Of a stretch of 64,000 nucleotides of DNA, positions 63,800 through 64,000 are shown piece after piece (position 1 is the first letter of the stretch; each line of letters begins with the position of its first letter). This DNA is from Octopus sinensis. Lineage: Eukaryota. The stretch covers positions 7,564,001 through 7,628,000 of the forward strand of contig NC_043011.1 in the NCBI RefSeq assembly GCF_006345805.1. The letters are read 5' to 3'. The notes below the pieces were generated by a model. It made no database searches, was not told the DNA's origin, and was given only the letters and a program-made list of their open reading frames with translations. Both the position numbers and the translations under genes were made by a program.

Positions 63800-64000
63800 T
63801 ACGAGTGGTGACGGCCATTTACCCTTGACTATACTGGTTGACTGTTGACTCCCTTGAGCCCCTATACCCTTTGACGAGCCTTGTTGTCTGTTTTCTTCAC
63901 TCTGCGAGTTGTCCACACCAATTCCATTTCTCACTGAACAAGCTTGGTTCGGGTTACTGGTTTAGTCACCAACAACCCGAACAAGCAACAGGTTTTGCTC
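63800..64000 (-). mobile_element. Diverged RTE 5' UTR-like fragment, running off the right edge
   Basis: aacctgttgc..gtcggg/ttcggg..gactaaacc..ccaagcttg aligns to the reverse complement of 7060-7210. Confidence 0.6.

Overview
This is AT-rich eukaryotic DNA with a very high density of microsatellites. The tRNA-derived SINEs, the mariner/RTE/R4/Tx1/CR1 relics and the repeat load fit a coleoid cephalopod, probably Octopus (inference, not verified). No intact multi-exon gene or full-length transposon ORF is visible, and most supplied ORFs are microsatellite or minisatellite translations. The window holds: (i) at least six SINE-like families in many copies, labelled A-F here because I cannot assign published names with certainty; (ii) decayed non-LTR retrotransposons of four clades (RTE, R4/Dong-like, Tx1-like, CR1-group); (iii) mariner relics and MITEs, a piggyBac-like MITE and non-autonomous Helitrons; (iv) several short elements, often beside (TA)n, carrying minimal hammerhead-ribozyme-like motifs and long fold-back hairpins typical of Penelope-like element ends; (v) one plausible terminal coding exon of a minus-strand host gene (25870-25955); (vi) a 100-N assembly gap. 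Most notable are a tRNA-headed SINE with a hammerhead-like tail that shows a target-site duplication (TSD) and twin-priming geometry, structural covariation of that motif across unrelated repeats, and three LINE clades that each sit in their own microsatellite motif. Boundaries of decayed elements are approximate and were read by eye.
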